A stretch of 64,000 nt of DNA from Elsinoe ampelina. Lineage: Eukaryota. Location: assembly GCA_010093995.1 (NCBI GenBank), contig ML992503.1, positions 549,234 to 613,233 of the forward strand, written 5' to 3'. The notes under the pieces were generated by a model that saw only the letters and a list, made by a program, of their open reading frames with translations, did not search any database and was not told the origin of the DNA. The position numbers and the translations under genes were made by a program. Shown piece by piece: positions 1-11,524 of this stretch (the first letter of the stretch is position 1; each line of letters opens with the position of its first letter).

Positions 1-989
1 CTTTAAGATAGAGAGTAAAAAGTCTCTCTATAGCCTTAAGCCTTAAGCTTCTAGTAGATTATAGTTCCTAGCCTTATCTATAACTTCTTCCTATTACTAA
101 AGCTAATAGTCTATATTCTATAAGGAAGAGCTAGATAGCTACTTCCTCTAGAGTACTTTAACTTTAAGCTAAATAGCTATATTAGATAGAGTAAATTTAT
201 TTTTTAAGGCTTAAAGGATAGCCTATAGGTAAGGATCCTCTTCTAGTTAGATAATAGTAAGAACTTATAGTATAATTAATAACTAAATAAGGCTTATAAG
301 ATCTACTAAGGCCTTAAGCTATTTATTATATTATACTTATTCCTCCTTATATATCTAGAAGAGTACTAAGAAGTTAGTATTTACTACCTCTAGCCTTTAA
401 GGCTTAAGGAGCCCCTCTAGTTTAATAGTCTTCTAGGGATTAATAAGGTTCTATATCTTAGTATTTAATACTCTTATCTTAATAATATATAGCTAGCTAG
501 CCTATTTAGCTAATATAGTAAGAATAATAGGTATTCTAGCTATTAATATATTAGTATCTATAGTTATTTATCCCTTTATTAACACCTAAATCCTTTAGTT
601 ATAGTTAAAGTAGTTCTTAATAGATTCTAATACTTAAATAGCGAGATAATAGAGGATTAACTAATAGATAGAGTAGAAAAGCAACTAAGTAATATACTTA
701 TATAGGGGTAGTTATACTAGGCTTATAACTATTAACTTATATATAGGGAGAAAAGAGATTTATTACTACCTAATCTATTAAACTAAGGTAGATTATAACT
801 ACATAAATACTTAACCTAATAAACTAAGAGATAACTAAATTAATAGAACTCCTAAATAATAATAGATTAAGACAATAACTATCTAATTTAATTATAAATT
901 AGTAGAGTAGTAGATAAGTGTTCAATTCTACTAGGGGATGAACTGAATCAGGGTCCTTCTTGGCGCTCCAGCTTATACCTCGGTTGACA
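1..989 (-). mobile_element. Ty1/Copia LTR retrotransposon, RIP-degraded; 5' LTR (730-989) plus start of gag, runs off the left window edge
   Basis: Reverse complement of 1-989 matches 45942-46273 + 53722-54378. LTR begins TGTCAACCGAGG on the minus strand at 989 and is followed by a RIP-altered fungal Copia PBS-like motif (GTTATAAGCC, from GTTATGAGCC). Extreme TpA enrichment. Confidence 0.85.
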
Positions 990-1440
990 AGGAGAGCTTG
1001 TCACGTGCCTGAGTGCGAGGTCAATGCCAAGATCTGTGGATGCGGCCATTAAGGTTCCCGACAATCTGCATGGGCGTTGAAAGTCGGGCGGGCCGCGGGC
1101 CACTGCGTCAGTGCGTCATGGCCAAAACATTGGGTCTCGCAGCTTTCTGATCTTTGATCAAGCGGGTCAGCCGGCTTGCTCCATACACGTATCGCGACAA
1201 TCTCGTCGATTCCTAAAGTATGCACCCGACACAGCCTCTCCGTCGCATGACGACCGACCATATCCAGCTGTCTAGCTGACCGTAGGGCACATGCAGCCGG
1301 CTCATCCGCCTCGAACCATAAATCAGCACACCCGCTGCACAGCTCATGCAACCTGCTGCGCACGCGGCTTGACAGCAGCAATTTGCTAGGGAAGCGATTT
1401 CGACTTGACATCAAGTCTTGACTTCCGGCGGATTGCCGTC

Positions 1441-4400
1441 ATGTTGCTCGTCCATCAAGCTGGCAGCGTCCACGTCGGCGAAGTGGTCCGTTATACACTC
1501 ACCTACACTCCTAGCGCAGATCGGATCCTGCCATCACCCGCGCATCTCTACGTCAAGGTCAAGAACACCTCTCCAATACCTCTGCGCGCCGCATACCTCC
1601 ACGGACCCTACTCACTACATGTCTCCGCATACCCGTCTACGTTCAATCCGCACCAGAAAGTCGCCGATCCCGACAAGACTGGCGTACCCGAATTTGAGCC
1701 CTTCTTGAAGGCAGGAGCAAATTGGACATGCAAGCTCACTGTGCCGGAGGACATTCGGGAGACCGGTGCGACCTTTGCCAATGACCGGGGAAGCATGGAC
1801 AGTATGACCGAGAAAGGCAGACAGAAGGAGCGGAAGAGCGTCACATGGATCATCGAAGTCGCAAGTCAGGTCATCTTCTCGACATCGGCTGGTGTGCATT
1901 TCGAAGTTCTGGTTGGAAGAGATGAACGCAGCCTCGACCTGGGATTCGCTGCAGTAGCAGGTCACGGGCACGGAGGTCCAGGAGACATTAAGGACCACAA
2001 ACGTTTGAGGGGCGAGAAGAAGAAAAGCACAAAAGGCGTGTACAGTCGTGCTGTCAAGCTGGTCGTGGAAGATACCCAGGATCTTTGGGATAAGCCACGA
2101 CTACCACAAAAGGTTGGCAGGGAGCGAGCCAAGAGCATCGAAGAGAAGCATCAAGAAATGACTCAAGAAGAGCTCAAAGAAAAGGAAGCCAAGAAGCAGA
2201 AGGTGCACCTTGTGATATTGACACATGGGTTGCACAGTAATCTAAGCGCCGACATGCTGTACATGAAAGAAAGCATCGATGCGACCGTCGCACAAGCCAG
2301 GGCCGATGCCAGGGAGCGTAGAGCGAAGCGGAAAGCCCAGAATGAAGGCAGATCGAAAGCATCTACATCTCAAGGTACGGATGATGTGCAGCAAAACCAG
2401 GAACCGGCTACCGAAGCTCTCACTGGAGGACAAGAAGACCTCGAAGATGAAGAGGACGAAGAGCAAGTTGTCGTCCGTGGCTTTGCTGGCAACGCAGTAC
2501 GCACCGAACGTGGCATCCAGTATCTGGGCAAGCGTCTGGCCAAATATGTGCTGCACCTGACGTATCCATCGCAACCATATCTGCCCATCAAAAAGACCAT
2601 GTCGCAATCGATATCATCAAAGCTCGGTGGATCGCAGAATCAGAAAGTCGCAGATACGAAATGCCCAGCTTCACATGCGGGTAGTAGCATACATCACGAC
2701 GCCGAACATCCTCACGAGAACAACCAGGCTTACGAATTTACCAGCATCAGCTTTATTGGTCACTCCCTTGGCGGTTTGGTTCAGCTCTATGCCATTGCTT
2801 ACATTCAGAAGCACGCTCCGGCCTTCTTCAAGCTCATACAGCCAGTGAACTTTGTCTGCATGGCCTCGCCACTACTGGGTCTCAGCAATGAAAATCCCAT
2901 GTACATCAAGTTTGCTCTCGATTTTGGCCTCGTCGGGCGAACTGGACAGGATCTGGGTCTGACTTGGAGAGCCCCTACGATAGCAAAGAGCGGCTGGAGT
3001 GCTATGGGAGGTGTCTTCGGTAATAATCAGAAGGATCAGAAGGAGGAAGACCCCGGCGCGAAGCCTCTTCTCCGAATCTTACCGACTGGTCCAGCACATC
3101 AGGTACTACATCTATTCCGCAATCGGACGCTGTACTCAAATGTCGTGAATGATGGCATCGTGCCACTACGGACTAGCTGTCTCCTATTCCTCGACTGGAA
3201 AGGTCTGGGAAAGGTCGAGAAGTTTCGCAGAGAGAACGGACTGATTGGAACTATGGTGGAATGGGGTTGGGCTGAGGTCACTGGCGCAAATGCTGACCGA
3301 GACATGTCGGTGTCGCCTCGTCCGAAGGATCGAGAATTCAGTGATAGTGGCACCAATACTCCTACACGTCAAGGGGATGGCGAGACCGTACCACAGCCAT
3401 CAGACAGTGTGACCGAAGATGACAATAAACCTTCGGGGACTCTTGGACCCAGCATATCACAGTACCTACAGCCTCGTACAGACAACGACTCCAGTACCGA
3501 GCCAAGAGCGTCTGAGACAGGTCCGCAACAAAACGGGGCCACGAGCTCCATGTTCAGCGACTTTTGGAACTTCTTCAAGCCAGCCTCGTCACAACCGACG
3601 GAGAAGAAGTCGCCCAAAGCCCTTAAAGCTCTCCAACGTGCTCAGACTCTTTCTCAGGAGCAGGAAGAGGAGGCGAACAAAGCGGCTGCTTCGAACGGAC
3701 AGGAGCCTGCCTCCCGCCCGTCTTTTTCACGTGGCACCACGGACAATCCGACCATGCGCCCTACCAAGTCACGTCCAGTAGCCTCCCGTGGCGATTCGCT
3801 TGATAACCCGAGCTCTTCGCTCTCAGCTCCGCCGAAGACGTCCGTGTTCGAAGCCGCCTCGGACATCCTACACCCACCAGTTCCCTCGACACAGTGGCTG
3901 GTGGACCCTGCTTCTCGCCCACGCACCATTTTCCACGATCGTGTCTATCATCCGAGCGATATTCCACCACCACCTCAACGTCGACCTTCACGTCTATCGC
4001 GCTCGTTCTCTTCCGAGCAGAACTCTCAGTTGAGCTCTAATAATAAAGCTCCCTCTCTCCGCAGCACAGACAGCACCAGTTCTCTCACGTCCGACCAGGG
4101 CGGCATGAAAGTCGAAGAGAAGATCGCTCGTGCTTACCACCGTGACCTGTCATGGCGCAAAGTCCTCGTCAAGCTTGAACCCGATGCTCACAACAACATG
4201 ATCGTCCGCCGCATGTTCGCCAACGCCTACGGTTGGCCTGTCGTCAAACATCTCTGCGACACACATTTCGGAGATACCTTTTCTGCCAATACACGCGACG
4301 AAGACGAGCCCAATATCGATCGCGCTAACCCCGGATCTGGTTCTGGATCAGCGTCAAACAACGGCCCTGCCGCCGTCCCCAACGAAACGCCCATCTCTCT

Positions 4401-5028
4401 TCCCAAGCGCAAGGAAGGCGAAGAAGTCTCCGGCCAAACATCTCGTCACCTGCCGGAACGCTCAGGCAGTGAAGTCCGCGAGGGGCGTGACGAGCTAGGC
4501 AGTCTCGACATATCCACCGAGGGTATAGCGGCGGTAGAGAACAAACACCGACACGACACGCAAGACACTTGGGGCGAACACTTCTTCAGCGAAAGCAGCG
4601 ATGACGAAGGGGTGTATAGGGCAGACGGCAAGGTGGACGTCAACGTCACTGAGTCTTCACCGGTCTTGGAGCGGCAGAAGAAGGAGAGACCGACTCCGCA
4701 TTTGCTCCATACTGGAGACCTGCCGAAGGACGGGAGAGGCGGAAGCCCGGATATCATACTATCGCCGAGCGAGTTGGCTGATAGGCTCGTAGAGGAGCCA
4801 GGAGATTTGAGTGATGGGTCTCTTGACATCGGGAAAGGGAAGAGCACAGAGGAAGCTGTGATCCAGACAGTTGGCAGCCCCGGGAACGTAGGGCTGAAGA
4901 AGGACGTGAACGCTGCCATGACGGAGAGTCTCACAGAGGACAAAGGCGAAGGTCTCGGAATCGTTGAACGAGTCGTCGACGCAACTGCCAAGATCGAGGC
5001 TTTAGAAGACCCGAAAAAAGACACATAA
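1441..5028 (+). CDS. DUF676/ROG1-like putative lipase (alpha/beta hydrolase)
   Basis: Long intronless ORF with ATG at 1441 (MLLVHQAGSV). Motifs HLVILTHGLHSN, nucleophile elbow SFIGHSLGG, ASPLLG, NDGIVPLRTS and AHNNMIVRR are typical of the yeast ROG1/YDL109C family. Confidence 0.85.
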   Translation: MLLVHQAGSVHVGEVVRYTLTYTPSADRILPSPAHLYVKVKNTSPIPLRAAYLHGPYSLHVSAYPSTFNPHQKVADPDKTGVPEFEPFLKAGANWTCKLTVPEDIRETGATFANDRGSMDSMTEKGRQKERKSVTWIIEVASQVIFSTSAGVHFEVLVGRDERSLDLGFAAVAGHGHGGPGDIKDHKRLRGEKKKSTKGVYSRAVKLVVEDTQDLWDKPRLPQKVGRERAKSIEEKHQEMTQEELKEKEAKKQKVHLVILTHGLHSNLSADMLYMKESIDATVAQARADARERRAKRKAQNEGRSKASTSQGTDDVQQNQEPATEALTGGQEDLEDEEDEEQVVVRGFAGNAVRTERGIQYLGKRLAKYVLHLTYPSQPYLPIKKTMSQSISSKLGGSQNQKVADTKCPASHAGSSIHHDAEHPHENNQAYEFTSISFIGHSLGGLVQLYAIAYIQKHAPAFFKLIQPVNFVCMASPLLGLSNENPMYIKFALDFGLVGRTGQDLGLTWRAPTIAKSGWSAMGGVFGNNQKDQKEEDPGAKPLLRILPTGPAHQVLHLFRNRTLYSNVVNDGIVPLRTSCLLFLDWKGLGKVEKFRRENGLIGTMVEWGWAEVTGANADRDMSVSPRPKDREFSDSGTNTPTRQGDGETVPQPSDSVTEDDNKPSGTLGPSISQYLQPRTDNDSSTEPRASETGPQQNGATSSMFSDFWNFFKPASSQPTEKKSPKALKALQRAQTLSQEQEEEANKAAASNGQEPASRPSFSRGTTDNPTMRPTKSRPVASRGDSLDNPSSSLSAPPKTSVFEAASDILHPPVPSTQWLVDPASRPRTIFHDRVYHPSDIPPPPQRRPSRLSRSFSSEQNSQLSSNNKAPSLRSTDSTSSLTSDQGGMKVEEKIARAYHRDLSWRKVLVKLEPDAHNNMIVRRMFANAYGWPVVKHLCDTHFGDTFSANTRDEDEPNIDRANPGSGSGSASNNGPAAVPNETPISLPKRKEGEEVSGQTSRHLPERSGSEVREGRDELGSLDISTEGIAAVENKHRHDTQDTWGEHFFSESSDDEGVYRADGKVDVNVTESSPVLERQKKERPTPHLLHTGDLPKDGRGGSPDIILSPSELADRLVEEPGDLSDGSLDIGKGKSTEEAVIQTVGSPGNVGLKKDVNAAMTESLTEDKGEGLGIVERVVDATAKIEALEDPKKDT

Positions 5029-5134
5029 GATACCCCACAATGTACAATCCTGTAGGGCCTACAGCACCTATCAAATGTACAGCACACCCTTCCTCTCCTC
5101 TGCTGCTCAAGACCCCTCCCTTCGTTCCCCCCCC

Positions 5135-7492
5135 TCACATCTTCCTCTTCAACAACCCCTTGAAAAAATCAAAACTATTACTATCACTCTGCAACTCCCA
5201 CGTCCTCCCCGTGGCCCTCTCCATTCCCTCCTCCCCCACCACCTCCTCCACAACCAACAGTCCCCAATCCGCACTGATCCCTCTCACGACACACTTCTCC
5301 CCCTCCACCGCCGCCCCGTACCCGGCCCCACTCACCCACCCTCCCCCCGGCCCCGAGGCGGAAGCCTTCACGTCCGGCTCCAACCTCACCACTTGCCCCG
5401 AGTGCAACCACTGCTTTTCGTACAGCCGCATGATCTCCCCCGTGAAACCCGTCTCGCAGAACCGGGCGTAGAGGAGCTCGAGTTGGACGAGGATGCTGGC
5501 GAGGAGTTTCTCGAGGGTGAAAGGGGGGAGGCCGTGCGCGGTGGCTAGTTGGTTGAGGGAAGTAGTCGGGGCTGCGTTGGCGGTGTTGAGGCCGACGCCG
5601 CAGACGAGGGTGTAGTGCGGGGTGTTGGGGGTGTAGGAGGTGGAGATCAGGATGCCGCCTATTTTGACGAAGGAGGCGCGCTGGGCGTCGGTGAGGGGGG
5701 AGGAGGGGGATGTTGCAGAGGATGAGAGATGGGGGGAGGTCGAAGAGGCGGGGGATTTGGAGGGGTCGAGAGCGTAGATGTCGTTGGGCCATTTTAGGCG
5801 GACGGGGAGGGTGGAGTAGCCTTTGTCGTACGAGTGGATGCCGGAGACGATGGCGAGGGCGGCGAGGTATTGGATGAAGACGACGGGGGCGGTGGTGTTA
5901 AGAGAGAGTGGGTGGCGGATGATGGTGGAGAACATGAGGGAGCCGGGAGGGGAGACCCAGACGTTGGAGCCACGGCCGCGGCCCGCAAGTTGTGTGGTAG
6001 CGGTCATGGTGGCGCCTTGGGGGAGGCGGTCGAGCAGGGTGGGGTTTCTGCCACATGTGAGTAAGGGGCAGATTCATGAGCATATTGCTGATACTTCTCG
6101 AGCAGGGTGTTTGTGCTGGTGACGACTTCACCGTAGATGAGAGTCTGACCGAATGCTTGCGATGGGTTCCTAAGTCGATTGCCGATGTATTCGAGGTTGG
6201 CGAAGAATGCATTGTGGTTGAAGTAAGGCGTTTCTTTACTCTCTGGTATACCTGCGTTGTGGATTACGATTCGCTTGACGACCTCGTCATAATCAATCAT
6301 CTTGTCTTGTTCTTCAAAAGTCTCTTTTGACTCCGCCGAATCAGTGTCGCCTCCGCCAACTAGATTCTGGACTGCTGTTGGAAGTGCTTTCTTGAGATTG
6401 CTGATACTCCATGTACCATCTTGCTTGATCAAGAATGTATCATGCTCGGCCTTGATCAGCTGATCGCCACTGTCAGTCGCTATGACTTCAGATAGAGATT
6501 GGGCAATAGCTGACAGGTTGGATGCCTTTGAGGATGACAAATGCAGTCGTGAAAGCGAAGGTACCGAGGAGCTATCTTGATTGACCTTGAGACCGAGCTT
6601 GGTCAGGCACGACTTCATAAAGTCGACGCGAGGCTTGTCGTCGGCAGCGAGAGCTGCAACGATTTCCGGATACTTGGGATTCTCCTCGCCCTTTCCAAGA
6701 TTGACGGCAGCAAATCTATAAGGAGTCAGTGGAGAGCGTAGTTGTGAGGTCGCAGGACATGCTCTGGATGCGGACTGGTCAGAACGACTTTGCCATCCGC
6801 GACTTTGCAATAGACCACAGCTGCCTGACGTTCGCCTGAAGGCACCTGAACCTTCTCGGTGTACTCGGCAAGTACCTCCACGCCACGATCCGAATACTTC
6901 TCTGCATCAACAAAGACGCCACCGCCGTTGTAATATGATCGGAAGACTTCTGGCACAGCTCCACCAGCTGCGAGTAGTGGTTCTCGATTGACCTTGAGCT
7001 CAGCTGCCCTCGCCCCCACCTCGCTGTGGTAGACGAAGCCAGAATATGCCAGACCTCTGCAAGTGCCGGGATAGAAAGCCAGTTCTCGGTCGCCGACAAC
7101 TTCCATGCCTTTCTTACCTTCCTCAAATTCGCATCGCTTGGATGCGTAGTAGCCACCAGCACAGAGCCCAAGATAGGAACCGCCCTTGTTGACATATTCA
7201 GAAATGCGTCGATTGCCGTCACCGTTCAAGACACGGCAATAGCCCAAGTCAGCACCGCCAGGCATGACTAGAAGTGCACATGAGGCTGTCCATGGCTCTT
7301 TCAAGATTGCTTCGCCAGATATGGGTATTACTGCGTAGTTGGGAGAGAGTAGTCGTCGAAGAGACCAGAGGCAGTGTTTGACCGATTCCACGGTAGCACC
7401 GGTGCCTACCTTGCATGAGCTTGTGACAAGAATGGATCCCGTTTTGCCTGCATACCAGAGTACACCAAGACATTCAATCTTTGCGTCGACAT
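5135..7492 (-). CDS. BPL1: Biotin-protein ligase (holocarboxylase synthetase); exons 7492-7456, 7405-6763, 6715-6095, 6047-5135
   Basis: N-terminal BPL_N domain (NVLVYSG, VMPGGADLGY, GSYLGLCAGGYY, HPEF) and catalytic motifs TSTNT, QLAGRGRGSNVW, KWPNDIY, KIGGIL. Three short introns join three ORF-track fragments in frame; intron 2 is GC-AG. Confidence 0.95.
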
Positions 7493-7598
7493 TTTGCCAC
7501 CTGAAATCTGACTCTAGACTTTAATAGCAAAGTCTTCGACCTGAATTTCGAGCACTTCTTGGTGGGTTCCGTAATCCTGCCTCGTGTCCGATCATACA

Positions 7599-8017
7599 AT
7601 GTCCAACAATGCTGGAGATCAGAATGTGTCTGCGAGACCCGACGAAGACGACGACGACGAGCCAGACGAGTGGTGCGTCTTGCAACTCCCTATACCTCCC
7701 GATGATATGAGGCTGACCAGCAAAGGGACAAGCGGATCTTTAGCACCGGATGTTCAGGTTGGTCTGACGCCTGACTCAAGGCTCAGTGCTGATTTGAGTA
7801 TTAGACGAGAACAAGACGCTGAATGACTGCTACTTCGAAAAGAAGGATTGGCGGAAGTGCACAGAAGAGGTAGGCTTGCTCCGACAACGGATCGATATCC
7901 TGCTCGTCACTTCGGGGATATTATCCGGTACTGACCCAGTATCGCCAGATGGAGGCCTTCAAGCAGTGCTGGAAAAGACAGGGGAATGATCAGAGGACAG
8001 CGAGCAAGGATGCGTGA
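7599..8017 (+). CDS. COA4: Twin-CX9C cytochrome c oxidase assembly factor 4; exons 7599-7672, 7726-7757, 7805-7869, 7949-8017
   Basis: Spliced product MSNNAG...EPDEWDKRIFSTGCSDENKTLNDCYFEKKDWRKCTEEMEAFKQCWKRQGNDQRTASKDA. Two CX9C motifs; three GT-AG introns keep the frame. Confidence 0.85.
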
Positions 8018-8298
8018 GATGCGGCTGCATGGCCAGCTCGGCGAAGCTTCAGATGGTGGTGGAGTATGTCGGCGCCGACGACACTCTTGGAGACGACCTG
8101 GAATATATGTCGATTTGCAAGACATATCGCTACTCAGTATTCTCATGCTCAATATCATAGCTCAAATTATATCATTTGCAAGACACGTGCCTCCTTGATT
8201 TGCGGCGTGATTGTGCCAAGATTTTTGGCAAGTTGGAAGCTGCATGGAAGTTTCAACCTCAGCTATTCCTCCTCTATCACCATATTCTCCCACACAAC

Positions 8299-9150
8299 AT
8301 GAGGCATTCCCTGGCCATAGAAGGCCTCCAAGCCCTCAGCCGAACCCATCGCCAATCCATATTCGCGTCTACACGCTTACGCCAGCCCATCACTACCCCA
8401 ATCCGCACCATCACCACCACCCGGTCCCTTCGCGCCGAGCCCACACCTCAAACACCTCCCGTCCCCACCTCCAACCCAGCAAGCACCACCTCCCCCTCGC
8501 GAGCCCACAACCTCACCCCCACCGAACCCGAAACCGAAACCCGCTCCCTGACCGACAGCCTCGCCGACCCCCCTCCCGTCCTCTCCGAAAACGAAAAACA
8601 AGTCGACTGGACCCGCTCCTACCACGGCCTATCCGCCTCCCCCTTCAGCCCGGAACAAAACACCATCCTCCAACAACCGATCGACGCCGACGACATCGAA
8701 GTAAAACCCGACGGCATCATCTACCTCCCCGAGATCAAATACCGACGCATCCTCAACAAAGCCTTTGGCCCCGGCGGCTGGGGCCTCGCTCCGCGCGGGG
8801 AGACGATCGTCACGCAGAAGTTGGTCACGAGGGAGTACGCGCTCGTGGCGGCTGGGAGGTTGGTGAGTATTGCGCGGGGCGAGCAGCAGTACTTCGACGC
8901 CGAGGGGATCCCGACCGCGACCGAGGGGTGTAAGAGTAATGCGCTCATGAGGTGTTGTAAGGACCTGGGGATCGCGAGTGAGTTGTGGGATCCGAGGTTC
9001 ATCAGGGGGTTTTTGAAGGAAAAGGCCAAGGAGACGATTGTGGAGCATCAGGTCACGAAGAAGCGGAGGAAGCATTGGATGAGGAAGGATGATGTGGTGA
9101 AGTATCCGTTCAAGGAGGTGCAGTTGGTGTCGCCGGTGCAGAGGAAGTAG
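8299..9150 (+). CDS. MGM101: Mitochondrial genome maintenance protein
   Basis: R/T/S-rich presequence-like N-terminus, then [71 protein letters not shown]. Confidence 0.95.
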   Translation: MRHSLAIEGLQALSRTHRQSIFASTRLRQPITTPIRTITTTRSLRAEPTPQTPPVPTSNPASTTSPSRAHNLTPTEPETETRSLTDSLADPPPVLSENEKQVDWTRSYHGLSASPFSPEQNTILQQPIDADDIEVKPDGIIYLPEIKYRRILNKAFGPGGWGLAPRGETIVTQKLVTREYALVAAGRLVSIARGEQQYFDAEGIPTATEGCKSNALMRCCKDLGIASELWDPRFIRGFLKEKAKETIVEHQVTKKRRKHWMRKDDVVKYPFKEVQLVSPVQRK

Positions 9151-9392
9151 AGAAGGGATGGGGGGGGAGAGGAGGTTTAATACCCGGTGGTGGATCTTCA
9201 CTCTGGTGGGCACGGCATGGAAGAAAGAGAGCTTGGATGAAGGGTGACATGCAAGTCACAGTTGTATACCAGTGTCCATAGACAGCAAAACCGAAAGTTG
9301 GAACCGAGCAAAACTCCTTGTCCCCGTCCTTACCGACCCAGCCGATACCCCCCTGTCATGACTTCATGACGATGCACCGATGCGTGTTTGAT

Positions 9393-10383
9393 CTATTGTT
9401 CCTTCTTTGCGGGAAGTGCAGAATCCTTTTCGCCATAGTTGCCCCAGATCCATTTACTCCAGCCAGCCTGTTCCTGTCCCGGCCTCCTTGACCCTTCTGG
9501 AATGTCTTCGCCTGCTAGATCCTCGAATTCTGCCTCGCTCTTGGATTTCCTCAAGAAGTCGGCCCCGGAGCTGCGTGGCGGACTGCTCGGCGGGTGACCC
9601 TGCTCGGTCTCGTATGCTGCAGAGTCGAAGGCTTGTAGCAAAGTCATGAGGTGGTTTCGCTGGGTGCTGATGTATGTTCTACGCTCTTCTCCGGTGATCC
9701 CCGGAGGGATCAGGTTGCCTGAAGCTGTGAGGTTTGCAGCTTGCGCGTCCCTGGATTGTGTTGCGCCCGAAGCAGCCTGCTGGACCACGTTGCCGAACAT
9801 TGCGAACAGGTCGTTCGCGCCCGCTGCAGGGAAACCAGGTCGTGCAGCGGGCATGGCGAATCTGCTGAGCAGAGATTGACTGTAAGAAACACTACGGCTT
9901 GGTGGTGGGGTCGGCTGTCGCGGAGGCAGACCAAACACCTTTGTCCTTACCAACTCGATCGCCTGCTTGACATAGTTGAGTCCAGCCGCTTTTGCCTTCT
10001 CATGCCCTTGTGTGATTGCGTGGTCGATCTCTCGCTCGTGGGTCTCCATCCACGGATGCAGGTACTGTCTGTACAGGAAGACGGATCCCTGTTGCCCAGG
10101 AAGAACAAGGTATAGATGCACGCCCAGACGGATCCAGGAGTAGAATGGGGTCCATGATAGTATCGGATGGAAGAATGATTCGCCCGCGAGGAACAGAGAG
10201 AGCGTGGTCCAGTACATGAGCCATGGTGTGAGCTGTGCTGGGTCTGAGGTGCGGATGGCCTTGTAGGATGCGAAGATGGGGAAAAGGACGGATGTGACGG
10301 TGCTGTGAGAGGTTAGTCTATCTGTTCACACTGCTAGCTAGTAAGTCGACTTGCGTCAAAGAGTCTGCGATTATGCCAAACAT
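9393..10383 (-). CDS. TB2/DP1/HVA22 (REEP/YOP1-like) family membrane protein; exons 10383-10355, 10302-9393
   Basis: Spliced N-terminus MFGIIADSLTTVTSVLFPIFASYKAIRTSDPAQLTPWLMYW, then PFYSWIR and GSVFLYRQYLHPW...HEREID motifs. GC-AG first intron. Confidence 0.88.
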
Positions 10384-10655
10384 GATTGCGGTGTGGTCGT
10401 TGTCGCTGTATAGCTCCCAGTTACCCGCATCTGAGATCGGCGTGCGTTCGGTGTGTCGCAGGATCCTCGTCTCCTAGATACGCACCTCGATAATGTGAGC
10501 GCCTGGTCAGAAGAACAAGTGTATTGTGAATGAAGGATGTCAGGCTCCAAGTTGCCGCATGCTTTGGTCGGGCGAAACACAATCACGGTTCCGGTGGTCC
10601 CCTCATTACCTCCGAGCCGCAACGACGTAGGTGGGCCGAGGCTAGCCTCTCTCGG

Positions 10656-11200
10656 TACTCTCGAGCGCCCGTTTTATGCGACTATTAATCATCTATAATA
10701 TTCAATTTCTTGAATTCTATTAGATTTGATATAGCTATTATATACTAATAAGATCTAAAAGAGACTAAGACTAATAATTGTTAAGAATATAGAATTATAT
10801 AGCTTTCTTATAATTAGAATTGTATTAATTAGTATAAAGAATATATCTTAAAAGTAATAAATTAATATAAGAATTATTATTAGAAATATAGTAAATATAG
10901 TAATATTACTAAAAGGCACCTTTACTAGAATTATTGTCACGAGACTATAATAGTTAGAGATGATATGTGTGTCAAGACATGATTGTATAATGATTGCTAT
11001 AGAAAGCTGTCTGAGGCTGTACATCTCCGCGCCAAGGCCACTGCCAAGGCTCTTCTAACCATGACAATTATAAGAACTTTTATACTAGTACTATAGAAGA
11101 AGGAATCTTAAATCTTATATTATAAGCTAAAATATCTACGAAAAGTTTTAGACCCTCTACGTTAGTATTAGTCCGGCAGCTAGCCTAATCCAGCCAGGCA
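10656..11200. mobile_element. Small RIP-degraded repeat relic (family unassigned)
   Basis: Abrupt AT/TpA-rich island between the REEP gene and UTP17. No paired terminal repeat found. Confidence 0.5.
10935..11066. mobile_element. 132-bp solo LTR nested in the relic
   Basis: Termini TGTCACG...CATGACA (TG..CA, inverted) flanked by a perfect 5-bp TSD ATTAT at 10930-10934 and 11067-11071. Confidence 0.75.
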
Positions 11201-11524
11201 GAGACGTCTAATTAAGAGATCAGGGTTGACGGGATTAGTGGCGAGGTTTTTGGGGGACGGGGGCGGATTGGGGGGCTGGGGGTAGGGTGGTGGAGGGGGC
11301 GGCGATGTTGTGGTGAGCTTGTTGATGAGTTTGTAATCAGACTTCGGAGCTGGATGAGCATGATACCCTTCGTTTGAAGCATGAGCGTGTGGATTTAGTC
11401 AACATGATTGGATCAAGCATATCGATTGATAAGATATTTTAGACAGAGGCGACATACTCAGGATGACAGATAGAGACCCAAACAGAACAAGATGATACAC
11501 AGATATTGCATGATATTGCCTCGA

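Noticed and set aside
4446..5792. Long overlapping alternative-frame and antisense ORFs over ROG1-like and BPL1 ends (similar ones over MGM101 and ARP6)
   Set aside because: By-products of high GC and strong codon skew in real genes.
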